Below are positions 37,001-50,600 of a stretch of DNA of 64,000 nt, piece by piece. The stretch's first letter is position 1; each line of letters starts with the position of its first letter. The DNA is from the human T2T-CHM13v2.0 reference genome, Homo sapiens. Both the position numbers and the translations under genes were made by a program. The stretch lies in NCBI RefSeq assembly GCF_009914755.1, contig NC_060943.1. One strand, written 5' to 3'. Below the pieces are notes generated by a model. That model was not told the DNA's origin and ran no database searches. It saw only the letters and a program-made list of their open reading frames with translations.

Positions 37001-40000
37001 ATGCTCAGGAACTTCATTGAGATGTGTGCATTCAAGTAACTGAGTTGAATCTGCCTTTTGATAGAGCAGAATTGAAACAATCCTTTTGTAGAATCTACTT
37101 GTGGATATTTGGAACTCTTTCAGGAATTCGTTGGTAGTTGGTATCTTCCCAAAAAAAGGAGACCCAAGCATTCTCAAAAAGTTCTTTGAGATGTGTGCCT
37201 TCAACTCACAGACTTCAAACATTCTTTTGAGAGATCAGTGTTGGAACACGCTTTTTGTAGAATCTGCAAGGGTTCATTTAGTGCGCTTTGTTGCCTATAG
37301 TGGAAAAAGAAATATCTTCAAATGAAAACTAGACAGAAACATTCTCAGAAACTCCTTTGTGAAGTGTGTGTCAAATTCACAGAATTGAAATTTTCTTATG
37401 ATAGAGCAGTTTTGAAACACCGCATTTATAGGATCTGCTTGTGGATATTTGGAGCTCTTTGAGTATTTCGTTGTAAACGGGATATCTTCACATACAAACT
37501 AGACAGAAGCATTCACAGAAACTGCTTAGTGATGTGTGCATTCAACTCACAGACTTGAACCTTTCTCTTGAAAGAGCAGTGTTGAAACAAACATTTTGTA
37601 GGATGTGCAAGTGTTCACTTGGAGCGTTTTTTTGCCTATGGTGGAAAAAGAAATATCTTCACATAAATACTAGACAGAAGCATTCTCAGAAACTCCTTTT
37701 TGATGTGTTTGTTCTATTCAGAGAGTTGAACCTTTCTTTTGATAGAGCAGTTTTGATACACTGCTTCTGTAGAATCTGCTTGTGGATATTTGGAGCTCTT
37801 TGAGGAATTCGTTGTAAACGGGATATCTTCGCATACAAACTAGACAGCAGCATTCTCAGAAACTGCTTAGTGATGTGTGCATTCAACTCACAGACTTGAA
37901 CCTTTCTCTTGAAAGAGCAGTGTTGAAACACACATTTTGTAGGATGTGCAAGTGTTCACTTGGAGCGTTTTTTTGCCTATGGTGGATAAAGAAATATCTT
38001 CACATACAAACTAGACAGAAGCAATCTCATTTACTGCTTTGTGATGTGTGCATTCAGCTCACAGAGTTGAACCTTCCTTTTGAGAGAGCAGTTTTGAAAC
38101 AGTTTTTTGTAGTATCCTCAAGTGGATATATGGAGCGATGTGAGGCTTAACATGGAAACGGGAATATCTTCACATAGAAACTAGATAGAAGCATTCTCAG
38201 AAACTCCTTTGTGATGGGTGCATTCAACACAGAGACTTGAACATTTCTTTAGACGGAGCAGTGTTGAAACACACATTTGTAGAATCTGCAAGTGTTCATT
38301 TGGAGCGCTTTGATGCCTATGGTGGAAAAAGAAATATCTTCACATAAAGACTAGAAAGAAGTGTTCTCCGAAACTCCTTTGTGATATGTGTGTTCAATGC
38401 ACAGAGATGAACCTTTCTTTTGATTGAGCAGTTTTGAAACACTGCTTTTCTAGAATCTGCTTGTGGATATTTGGAGCTCTTTGAGGAATTCGCTGTCAAT
38501 GGGATATCTTCACATACAAACTAGCCAGAAGCATTCTCAGAAACTGCTTTGTGATGTGTGCATTCAACACACGGAGTTGAACCTTCCTTGTGAGAGAAGA
38601 GTTTTCAAACAGTCTTTTTGTAGTACCTGCAAGTCGATATTTGGAACGATTTGAGGCCTATGAGGGAAAAGGAACTATTTTCACATACAAACTAGACAGA
38701 AGCATGCTCAGAAACTGCTTTGTGATGTGCGCATTCAACTCACAGAGTTGAACCTTCCTTTTGAGAGAGAGGTTTTGAAACAGTCTTTTTGTAGCATATA
38801 CAAGTGGATATTTTTAGTGATTTGAGGTCTAATATGGAAAAGGAAATACCTTCACCTACAAACTAGACAGAAGCATTCTCAGAAACTGCTTTGTGATGTG
38901 TGCATTAAATGTACAGACTTGAAACCTTATTTTGATAGAGCAGTGTTGAAACACACTTTTTATAGAATCTGCAAGTGTTCATTTTGAGAGCTTTGTTGCC
39001 TGTGGTGGAAAAAGAAATGTGTTCACATACAAACTAGAAAGAAGCCTTCTCAGAAACTCCTTTGAGATGTTTGTGTCCAATTCACAAAGTTGAACCTTTC
39101 TATTGATACAGCAGATTTGAAACTCTGCTTTTGTAGAATCTGCTTGTGAATATTTGGAGGTATTTGAGGAATTGGACGTATACGGGATATCTTCACATAC
39201 AAATTACACAGAAGCATTGTCAGAAACTGCTTTGTGCTGTGTGCATTCAACTCACAGAGTTGAAACTTTCTTTTGAGAAAGCAGTTCCGAAACAGTCTTT
39301 TTGTAGTATCTGCAAGTGGATATTTGGAGCGATTTGAGGCCTATGATGGAAAAGGAAATATGTTCACATACAAACTAGACAGAAGCGTTCTCAGAAACTG
39401 CTTTGTGATGTGTGCATTCACCTCACAGAGTGGAACCGTTCTTTGGATAGAGCAGTTTTGAAACAGTCTTTCTCTAGTATCTGCAAGTGTTCATTTTGAG
39501 CGCTTTTAGGCCCATGATGGAATAGGAAATATTTTCACATAAAAAGTAGACAGAAGCTTTCTCAGGAACTTCATTGAGATGTGTGCATTAAAGTAACTGA
39601 GTTGAATACGTCTTTTGATAGAGCAGTATTGAAACACTTATTTGTAGAATCTGCCTGTGGATATCTGGAACTCTTTGAAGAATTCTTTGGAAACGGCTAT
39701 CTTCACATAAAAAGTAGACCCAAGCATTCTCAGAAAGTTCTTTGTGATATGTACATTGGACTCCCAGACTTGAACATTTCTTTTGATAGAGCAGTGTTGG
39801 AACACACTTTTTGTAGAATCTTCATGTGTTCGTTTGGAGTGCTTTGTTGCCTATGGTGGAAAAAGGAATATCTTCACCTAAAAACCAGACAGAAGCATTC
39901 TCCGAGACTGCTTTGTGATGTGTGTGTTCAATTCGCAGAGTTAAAAGTTCCTTTTGATAGAGCAGTTTTGAAACACTGCTTTTGTAGAATCTGCTTGTTG

Positions 40001-40882
40001 CTATTGGGGGCTCTTTGAGGAATTTGTTGTAAACGGGATATCTTCACATACAAAGTAGACAGAAGCATTCTCAGAAACTGCTTTGTGATGTGTGCATTCC
40101 AATCACAGACTTCAACCTTTCTTTTGAAAGAGCAGTGTTGAAACACACATTTTGTAGCATGTGCAAGTGTTCACTTGGAGCTCTTTTTTGCCTATGGTGG
40201 AAAAAGAAATATCTTCACATAAATACTAGACAGAAGCATTCTCAGAAACTCCTTTGTGATGTGTTTGTTCTATTCAGAGTGTTGAACCTTTATTTTGATA
40301 GAGCAGAATTGAAACACTCCTTTTGTAGAATCTGCTTGTGGATATTTGGAGCTCTTTGAGGAATTCGTTGTAAACGGGATATCTTCACATACAAACTAGA
40401 CAGCAGCATTCTCAGAAACTGCCTTGTGGTGTGTGCATTCAACTCACATAGGTGAACCTTCCTTCTGAGAGAGCAGTTTTTAAACAGTCTCTTTGAAATA
40501 ACTGCAAGTGGATATTTGGAGCGATGGGAAGTCTAAGATTGAAAAGGAAATATCCTCACATACAAACTAGACAGAAGCAATCTCATTAACTGCTTTGTGA
40601 TGTGTGCATTCAGCTCACAGAGTTGAACCTTCCTTTTGAGAGAGCAGTTTTGAAACAGTTTTTTGTAGTATCCTCAAGTGGATATATGGAGCGATGTGAG
40701 GCTTAAGATGGAAACGGGAATATCTTCACATACAAACTAGATAGAAGCATTCTCAGAAACTGCTTTGTGATGGGTGCATTCAACTCAGAGACTTGAACAT
40801 TTCTTTAGACGGAGCAGTTTGAAACACACATTTGTAGAATCTGCAAGAGTTCATTTGGAGCGCTTTGATGCCTATGGTGGAA
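34069..40882 (+). repeat. HOR copy 6 (40-mer, 6814 bp)
   Basis: The ORF offset from 34204 to 41018 is 6814. G at 35293 is shared with copy 5. Confidence 0.95.
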
Positions 40883-43800
40883 AAAGAAATATCTTCACAT
40901 AAGCACTACAAAGAAGCGTTCTCCGAAACTCCTTTGTGATATGTGTGTTCAATTCACAGAGTTGAACCTTTCTTTTCATTGAGCAGTTTTGAAAAACTGC
41001 TTTTCTAGAATCTGCTTGTGGATATTTGGAGCTCTTTGAGGAATTCATTGTCAATGGGATATCTTCATATACAAACTAGCCAGAAGCATTCTCAGAAACT
41101 GCTTTGTGATGTGTGCATTCAACACACGGAGTTGAACCTTCCTTCTGAGAGAACAGTTTTCAAACAGTCTTTTTGTAGTATCTGCAAGTCGCTATTTGGA
41201 ACGCTATGAGGCCTATGAGGGAAAAGGAACTATCTTCACATACAAACTAGACAGAAGCATGCTCAGAAACTGCTTTGTGATGTGTGTGTTCAATTCACAG
41301 GGTTGACTCTTTTGATTGAGCAGTTTTGAACAACCTGTTTTGTAGAATCTGCTTGTGGATATTTGTAGCTCTTGGAAGAATTCATTGTAAAAGGGATATC
41401 TTCACATACACACAAGTCAGAAGCATTCTCAGAAACTTCTTTGTGATTGTGAATTGAACTCACAGAGTTGATCCTTCCTTCTGAGAGAGCCGTTTTGAAA
41501 CAATCTTTTTGAAGTATCTTCAATTGGATACTTGTAGTGATTTGAGGCCTAAGATGGAAAAGGAAATATCTTCACATACAATCTAGACAGAAGCACTCTC
41601 AGAAGCTGCTTGGTGATGTCTGCATTCAACTCACAGACTTTAACCCTTGTTTTGAAAGAGCAGTGTTGAAACACACATTTTGTAGGATCTGCAAGTGTTC
41701 ATTTGGAGAGCTTTTGTGCCTATGGTGGAAAAAGCAATATCTTCACATAAATACTAGACAGAAGCATTCTCAGAAACTGCTTTGTGATGTGTGCATTCAA
41801 CTCACAGAGTTGAACCTTCCTTTTGAGAGAGAGATTTTGAAACAGTCTTTTTGTAGTATCTGCAAGTGGATATTTTTAGTGATTTGAGGTGTAAGATGGA
41901 AAAGGAAATACCTTCACCTACAAACTAGACAGAAGCATTCTCAGAAACTGCTTGGTGATGTGTGCATTCAACTCACAGAGTTGAAACTTTCTTTTGAGAA
42001 TGCAGTTTTGAAACAGTCTTCTTGTAGTATCTGCAAGTGGATATTTGGAGCGATTTGAGGCCTATGATGGAAAAGGAAATATGTTCACATACAAACTAGA
42101 CACAAGCGTTCTCAGAAACTGCTTTGTGATGTGTGCATTCACCTCACAGAGTGGAACCGTTCTTTGGATAGAGCAGTTTTGAAACAGTCTTTCTCTAGTA
42201 TCTGCAAGTGTTCATTTTGAGCGCTTTGAGGCCCATGATGGAAAAGTTAATATTTTCACATAAACCTAGACAGAAGCTTTCTCAGGAATTTCATTGAGAT
42301 GTGTGCATTAAGGTAACTGATTTGAATACGTCTTTTGATAGAGCAGTATTGAAACACTTCTTTTGTATAATCTGCCTGTGGATATCTGGAACTCTTTGAA
42401 GAATTCTTTGGAAACGGCTATCTTCACATAAAAACTAGACCCAAGCATTCTCAGAAAGTTCTTTGTGATATGTACATTGGACTCCCAGACTTGAACCTTT
42501 CTTTTGATAGAGCAGTGCTGGAACACACTTTTTGTAGAATCTTCATGTGTTCGTCTGGAGTGCTTTGTTGCCTATGGTAGAAAAAGGAATATCTTCACCT
42601 AAAAACAAGACAGAAGCATTCTCAGAGACTGCTTTGTGATGTGTGTGTTCAATTCGCTGAGTTGAATGTTCCTTTTGATAGAGCAGTTTTGAAACACTGC
42701 TTTTGTAGAATCTGCTTGTTGATATTGGGGGCTCTATGAGGAATTTGTTGTAAACGGGATATCTTCACATACAAAGTAGACAGAAGCATTCTCAGAAACT
42801 GCTCTGTGATGTGTGCATTCAACTCACAGAGTTGAACCTTCCTTTTGCGAGAGCTGTTTTGAAGCAGTCTTTTTGTGGTATCTGCAATTGGATATTTGGA
42901 TCGATTTGAGGCCTAAGATGGAAAAGGAAATATCTCCACATACAAACTAGACAGAAGCATTCTCAGACACTGCGTTGTGATGTGTGCATTCAACTCACAG
43001 AGTTGAACCTTCCTTTTGAGAGCAGTTTTGAAACAGTCTTTTTGAAGTATCTGCAAGTGGATGTTTGGAGAGATTTGAGGCCTAAGATGGAAAAGGATAT
43101 ATCTTCACCTAAAAACTAGGCAGAAGCATTCTCAGAAACTGCTTTGTGATGTGGGGATTCAACTCACAGGCTTGAAACTTTCTTTTGATACAGCAGGGTT
43201 CAAACACACTTTTTGTAGAATCTGCAAGTGTTCATTTGGAGTGCTTTCTTGCCCATGGTGGAAAAAGAAATATCTTCACCTGAAAACTAGACAGAAACTT
43301 TCTCAGAAAATACTTTGTGATGTAGTTGTTCAATTCACAGGGTTGAACCTTTCTTTAGATAAAGCAGTTTTGAAACACTGCTTTTGTAGAATCTTCTTGT
43401 GGATATTTGGAGCTGTTTGAGGAATTCGTTTTAAACGGGATATCTTCACATTCAAACTAGTCAGAAGCATCCTCAGAAACTGGTTTGTGATGTGTGCATT
43501 CTACTCACAGAGTTGAACCTTCCTTTTGAGAGAACAGTTTTGAAACAATCTTTTTGTACTATCTGCAAGTGGATATTTGGAACAATGGGAGGACTAAGAT
43601 GGAAAAGGAAATATCTTCACAGCCAAACTTGACAGAAGCTTTCTCAGAATCTGCTTTGTGATGTGTGCATTCACCTCACAGAGTGGAACCGTCCTTTTGA
43701 TAGAGCAGTTCTGAAACAGTCTTTTTGTAGGATCTGCGAGTGTTCATTTTGGAGAGCTTTTAAGCCTTTGGCGGAAAAGGAAATATCTTCACAGAAAACT

Positions 43801-46800
43801 AGACAGAGGCATGCTCAGGAACTTCATTGAGATGTGTGCATTCAAGTAACTGAGTTGAATCTGCCTTTTGATAGAGCAGAATTGAAACAATCCTTTTGTA
43901 GAATCTACTTGTGGATATTTGGAACTCTTTCAGGAATTCGTTGGTAGTTGGTATCTTCCCAAAAAAAGGAGACCCAAGCATTCTCAAAAAGTTCTTTGAG
44001 ATGTGTGCCTTCAACTCACAGACTTCAAACATTCTTTTGAGAGATCAGTGTTGGAACACGCTTTTTGTAGAATCTGCAAGGGTTCATTTAGTGCGCTTTG
44101 TTGCCTATAGTGGAAAAAGAAATATCTTCAAATGAAAACTAGACAGAAACATTCTCAGAAACTCCTTTGTGAAGTGTGTGTCAAATTCACAGAATTGAAA
44201 TTTTCTTATGATAGAGCAGTTTTGAAACACCGCATTTATAGGATCTGCTTGTGGATATTTGGAGCTCTTTGAGTATTTCGTTGTAAACGGGATATCTTCA
44301 CATACAAACTAGACAGAAGCATTCACAGAAACTGCTTAGTGATGTGTGCATTCAACTCACAGACTTGAACCTTTCTCTTGAAAGAGCAGTGTTGAAACAA
44401 ACATTTTGTAGGATGTGCAAGTGTTCACTTGGAGCGTTTTTTTGCCTATGGTGGAAAAAGAAATATCTTCACATAAATACTAGACAGAAGCATTCTCAGA
44501 AACTCCTTTTTGATGTGTTTGTTCTATTCAGAGAGTTGAACCTTTCTTTTGATAGAGCAGTTTTGATACACTGCTTCTGTAGAATCTGCTTGTGGATATT
44601 TGGAGCTCTTTGAGGAATTCGTTGTAAACGGGATATCTTCGCATACAAACTAGACAGCAGCATTCTCAGAAACTGCTTAGTGATGTGTGCATTCAACTCA
44701 CAGACTTGAACCTTTCTCTTGAAAGAGCAGTGTTGAAACACACATTTTGTAGGATGTGCAAGTGTTCACTTGGAGCGTTTTTTTGCCTATGGTGGATAAA
44801 GAAATATCTTCACATACAAACTAGACAGAAGCAATCTCATTTACTGCTTTGTGATGTGTGCATTCAGCTCACAGAGTTGAACCTTCCTTTTGAGAGAGCA
44901 GTTTTGAAACAGTTTTTTGTAGTATCCTCAAGTGGATATATGGAGCGATGTGAGGCTTAACATGGAAACGGGAATATCTTCACATAGAAACTAGATAGAA
45001 GCATTCTCAGAAACTCCTTTGTGATGGGTGCATTCAACACAGAGACTTGAACATTTCTTTAGACGGAGCAGTGTTGAAACACACATTTGTAGAATCTGCA
45101 AGTGTTCATTTGGAGCGCTTTGATGCCTATGGTGGAAAAAGAAATATCTTCACATAAAGACTAGAAAGAAGTGTTCTCCGAAACTCCTTTGTGATATGTG
45201 TGTTCAATGCACAGAGATGAACCTTTCTTTTGATTGAGCAGTTTTGAAACACTGCTTTTCTAGAATCTGCTTGTGGATATTTGGAGCTCTTTGAGGAATT
45301 CGCTGTCAATGGGATATCTTCACATACAAACTAGCCAGAAGCATTCTCAGAAACTGCTTTGTGATGTGTGCATTCAACACACGGAGTTGAACCTTCCTTG
45401 TGAGAGAAGAGTTTTCAAACAGTCTTTTTGTAGTACCTGCAAGTCGATATTTGGAACGATTTGAGGCCTATGAGGGAAAAGGAACTATTTTCACATACAA
45501 ACTAGACAGAAGCATGCTCAGAAACTGCTTTGTGATGTGCGCATTCAACTCACAGAGTTGAACCTTCCTTTTGAGAGAGAGGTTTTGAAACAGTCTTTTT
45601 GTAGCATATACAAGTGGATATTTTTAGTGATTTGAGGTCTAATATGGAAAAGGAAATACCTTCACCTACAAACTAGACAGAAGCATTCTCAGAAACTGCT
45701 TTGTGATGTGTGCATTAAATGTACAGACTTGAAACCTTATTTTGATAGAGCAGTGTTGAAACACACTTTTTATAGAATCTGCAAGTGTTCATTTTGAGAG
45801 CTTTGTTGCCTGTGGTGGAAAAAGAAATGTGTTCACATACAAACTAGAAAGAAGCCTTCTCAGAAACTCCTTTGAGATGTTTGTGTCCAATTCACAAAGT
45901 TGAACCTTTCTATTGATACAGCAGATTTGAAACTCTGCTTTTGTAGAATCTGCTTGTGAATATTTGGAGGTATTTGAGGAATTGGACGTATACGGGATAT
46001 CTTCACATACAAATTACACAGAAGCATTGTCAGAAACTGCTTTGTGCTGTGTGCATTCAACTCACAGAGTTGAAACTTTCTTTTGAGAAAGCAGTTCCGA
46101 AACAGTCTTTTTGTAGTATCTGCAAGTGGATATTTGGAGCGATTTGAGGCCTATGATGGAAAAGGAAATATGTTCACATACAAACTAGACAGAAGCGTTC
46201 TCAGAAACTGCTTTGTGATGTGTGCATTCACCTCACAGAGTGGAACCGTTCTTTGGATAGAGCAGTTTTGAAACAGTCTTTCTCTAGTATCTGCAAGTGT
46301 TCATTTTGAGCGCTTTTAGGCCCATGATGGAATAGGAAATATTTTCACATAAAAAGTAGACAGAAGCTTTCTCAGGAACTTCATTGAGATGTGTGCATTA
46401 AAGTAACTGAGTTGAATACGTCTTTTGATAGAGCAGTATTGAAACACTTATTTGTAGAATCTGCCTGTGGATATCTGGAACTCTTTGAAGAATTCTTTGG
46501 AAACGGCTATCTTCACATAAAAAGTAGACCCAAGCATTCTCAGAAAGTTCTTTGTGATATGTACATTGGACTCCCAGACTTGAACATTTCTTTTGATAGA
46601 GCAGTGTTGGAACACACTTTTTGTAGAATCTTCATGTGTTCGTTTGGAGTGCTTTGTTGCCTATGGTGGAAAAAGGAATATCTTCACCTAAAAACCAGAC
46701 AGAAGCATTCTCCGAGACTGCTTTGTGATGTGTGTGTTCAATTCGCAGAGTTAAAAGTTCCTTTTGATAGAGCAGTTTTGAAACACTGCTTTTGTAGAAT

Positions 46801-47692
46801 CTGCTTGTTGCTATTGGGGGCTCTTTGAGGAATTTGTTGTAAACGGGATATCTTCACATACAAAGTAGACAGAAGCATTCTCAGAAACTGCTTTGTGATG
46901 TGTGCATTCCAATCACAGACTTCAACCTTTCTTTTGAAAGAGCAGTGTTGAAACACACATTTTGTAGCATGTGCAAGTGTTCACTTGGAGCTCTTTTTTG
47001 CCTATGGTGGAAAAAGAAATATCTTCACATAAATACTAGACAGAAGCATTCTCAGAAACTCCTTTGTGATGTGTTTGTTCTATTCAGAGTGTTGAACCTT
47101 TATTTTGATAGAGCAGAATTGAAACACTCCTTTTGTAGAATCTGCTTGTGGATATTTGGAGCTCTTTGAGGAATTCGTTGTAAACGGGATATCTTCACAT
47201 ACAAACTAGACAGCAGCATTCTCAGAAACTGCCTTGTGGTGTGTGCATTCAACTCACATAGGTGAACCTTCCTTCTGAGAGAGCAGTTTTTAAACAGTCT
47301 CTTTGAAATAACTGCAAGTGGATATTTGGAGCGATGGGAAGTCTAAGATTGAAAAGGAAATATCCTCACATACAAACTAGACAGAAGCAATCTCATTAAC
47401 TGCTTTGTGATGTGTGCATTCAGCTCACAGAGTTGAACCTTCCTTTTGAGAGAGCAGTTTTGAAACAGTTTTTTGTAGTATCCTCAAGTGGATATATGGA
47501 GCGATGTGAGGCTTAAGATGGAAACGGGAATATCTTCACATACAAACTAGATAGAAGCATTCTCAGAAACTGCTTTGTGATGGGTGCATTCAACTCAGAG
47601 ACTTGAACATTTCTTTAGACGGAGCAGTTTGAAACACACATTTGTAGAATCTGCAAGAGTTCATTTGGAGCGCTTTGATGCCTATGGTGGAA
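40883..47692 (+). repeat. HOR copy 7 (40-mer, 6810 bp)
   Basis: 4-bp deletion near 41310 (gttgactcttttgattg vs gttgactctttcttttgattg). The ORF offset from 41018 to 47828 is 6810. Confidence 0.95.
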
Positions 47693-50600
47693 AAAGAAAT
47701 ATCTTCACATAAGCACTACAAAGAAGCGTTCTCCGAAACTCCTTTGTGATATGTGTGTTCAATTCACAGAGTTGAACCTTTCTTTTCATTGAGCAGTTTT
47801 GAAAAACTGCTTTTCTAGAATCTGCTTGTGGATATTTGGAGCTCTTTGAGGAATTCATTGTCAATGGGATATCTTCATATACAAACTAGCCAGAAGCATT
47901 CTCAGAAACTGCTTTGTGATGTGTGCATTCAACACACGGAGTTGAACCTTCCTTCTGAGAGAACAGTTTTCAAACAGTCTTTTTGTAGTATCTGCAAGTC
48001 GCTATTTGGAACGCTATGAGGCCTATGAGGGAAAAGGAACTATCTTCACATACAAACTAGACAGAAGCATGCTCAGAAACTGCTTTGTGATGTGTGTGTT
48101 CAATTCACAGGGTTGACTCTTTCTTTTGATTGAGCAGTTTTGAACAACCTGTTTTGTAGAATCTGCTTGTGGATATTTGTAGCTCTTGGAAGAATTCATT
48201 GTAAAAGGGATATCTTCACATACACACAAGTCAGAAGCATTCTCAGAAACTTCTTTGTGATTGTGAATTGAACTCACAGAGTTGATCCTTCCTTCTGAGA
48301 GAGCCGTTTTGAAACAATCTTTTTGAAGTATCTTCAATTGGATACTTGTAGTGATTTGAGGCCTAAGATGGAAAAGGAAATATCTTCACATACAATCTAG
48401 ACAGAAGCACTCTCAGAAGCTGCTTGGTGATGTCTGCATTCAACTCACAGACTTTAACCCTTGTTTTGAAAGAGCAGTGTTGAAACACACATTTTGTAGG
48501 ATCTGCAAGTGTTCATTTGGAGAGCTTTTGTGCCTATGGTGGAAAAAGCAATATCTTCACATAAATACTAGACAGAAGCATTCTCAGAAACTGCTTTGTG
48601 ATGTGTGCATTCAACTCACAGAGTTGAACCTTCCTTTTGAGAGAGAGATTTTGAAACAGTCTTTTTGTAGTATCTGCAAGTGGATATTTTTAGTGATTTG
48701 AGGTGTAAGATGGAAAAGGAAATACCTTCACCTACAAACTAGACAGAAGCATTCTCAGAAACTGCTTGGTGATGTGTGCATTCAACTCACAGAGTTGAAA
48801 CTTTCTTTTGAGAATGCAGTTTTGAAACAGTCTTCTTGTAGTATCTGCAAGTGGATATTTGGAGCGATTTGAGGCCTATGATGGAAAAGGAAATATGTTC
48901 ACATACAAACTAGACACAAGCGTTCTCAGAAACTGCTTTGTGATGTGTGCATTCACCTCACAGAGTGGAACCGTTCTTTGGATAGAGCAGTTTTGAAACA
49001 GTCTTTCTCTAGTATCTGCAAGTGTTCATTTTGAGCGCTTTGAGGCCCATGATGGAAAAGTTAATATTTTCACATAAACCTAGACAGAAGCTTTCTCAGG
49101 AATTTCATTGAGATGTGTGCATTAAGGTAACTGATTTGAATACGTCTTTTGATAGAGCAGTATTGAAACACTTCTTTTGTATAATCTGCCTGTGGATATC
49201 TGGAACTCTTTGAAGAATTCTTTGGAAACGGCTATCTTCACATAAAAACTAGACCCAAGCATTCTCAGAAAGTTCTTTGTGATATGTACATTGGACTCCC
49301 AGACTTGAACCTTTCTTTTGATAGAGCAGTGCTGGAACACACTTTTTGTAGAATCTTCATGTGTTCGTCTGGAGTGCTTTGTTGCCTATGGTAGAAAAAG
49401 GAATATCTTCACCTAAAAACAAGACAGAAGCATTCTCAGAGACTGCTTTGTGATGTGTGTGTTCAATTCGCTGAGTTGAATGTTCCTTTTGATAGAGCAG
49501 TTTTGAAACACTGCTTTTGTAGAATCTGCTTGTTGATATTGGGGGCTCTATGAGGAATTTGTTGTAAACGGGATATCTTCACATACAAAGTAGACAGAAG
49601 CATTCTCAGAAACTGCTCTGTGATGTGTGCATTCAACTCACAGAGTTGAACCTTCCTTTTGCGAGAGCTGTTTTGAAGCAGTCTTTTTGTGGTATCTGCA
49701 ATTGGATATTTGGATCGATTTGAGGCCTAAGATGGAAAAGGAAATATCTCCACATACAAACTAGACAGAAGCATTCTCAGACACTGCGTTGTGATGTGTG
49801 CATTCAACTCACAGAGTTGAACCTTCCTTTTGAGAGCAGTTTTGAAACAGTCTTTTTGAAGTATCTGCAAGTGGATGTTTGGAGAGATTTGAGGCCTAAG
49901 ATGGAAAAGGATATATCTTCACCTAAAAACTAGGCAGAAGCATTCTCAGAAACTGCTTTGTGATGTGGGGATTCAACTCACAGGCTTGAAACTTTCTTTT
50001 GATACAGCAGGGTTCAAACACACTTTTTGTAGAATCTGCAAGTGTTCATTTGGAGTGCTTTCTTGCCCATGGTGGAAAAAGAAATATCTTCACCTGAAAA
50101 CTAGACAGAAACTTTCTCAGAAAATACTTTGTGATGTAGTTGTTCAATTCACAGGGTTGAACCTTTCTTTAGATAAAGCAGTTTTGAAACACTGCTTTTG
50201 TAGAATCTTCTTGTGGATATTTGGAGCTGTTTGAGGAATTCGTTTTAAACGGGATATCTTCACATTCAAACTAGTCAGAAGCATCCTCAGAAACTGGTTT
50301 GTGATGTGTGCATTCTACTCACAGAGTTGAACCTTCCTTTTGAGAGAACAGTTTTGAAACAATCTTTTTGTACTATCTGCAAGTGGATATTTGGAACAAT
50401 GGGAGGACTAAGATGGAAAAGGAAATATCTTCACAGCCAAACTTGACAGAAGCTTTCTCAGAATCTGCTTTGTGATGTGTGCATTCACCTCACAGAGTGG
50501 AACCGTCCTTTTGATAGAGCAGTTCTGAAACAGTCTTTTTGTAGGATCTGCGAGTGTTCATTTTGGAGAGCTTTTAAGCCTTTGGCGGAAAAGGAAATAT

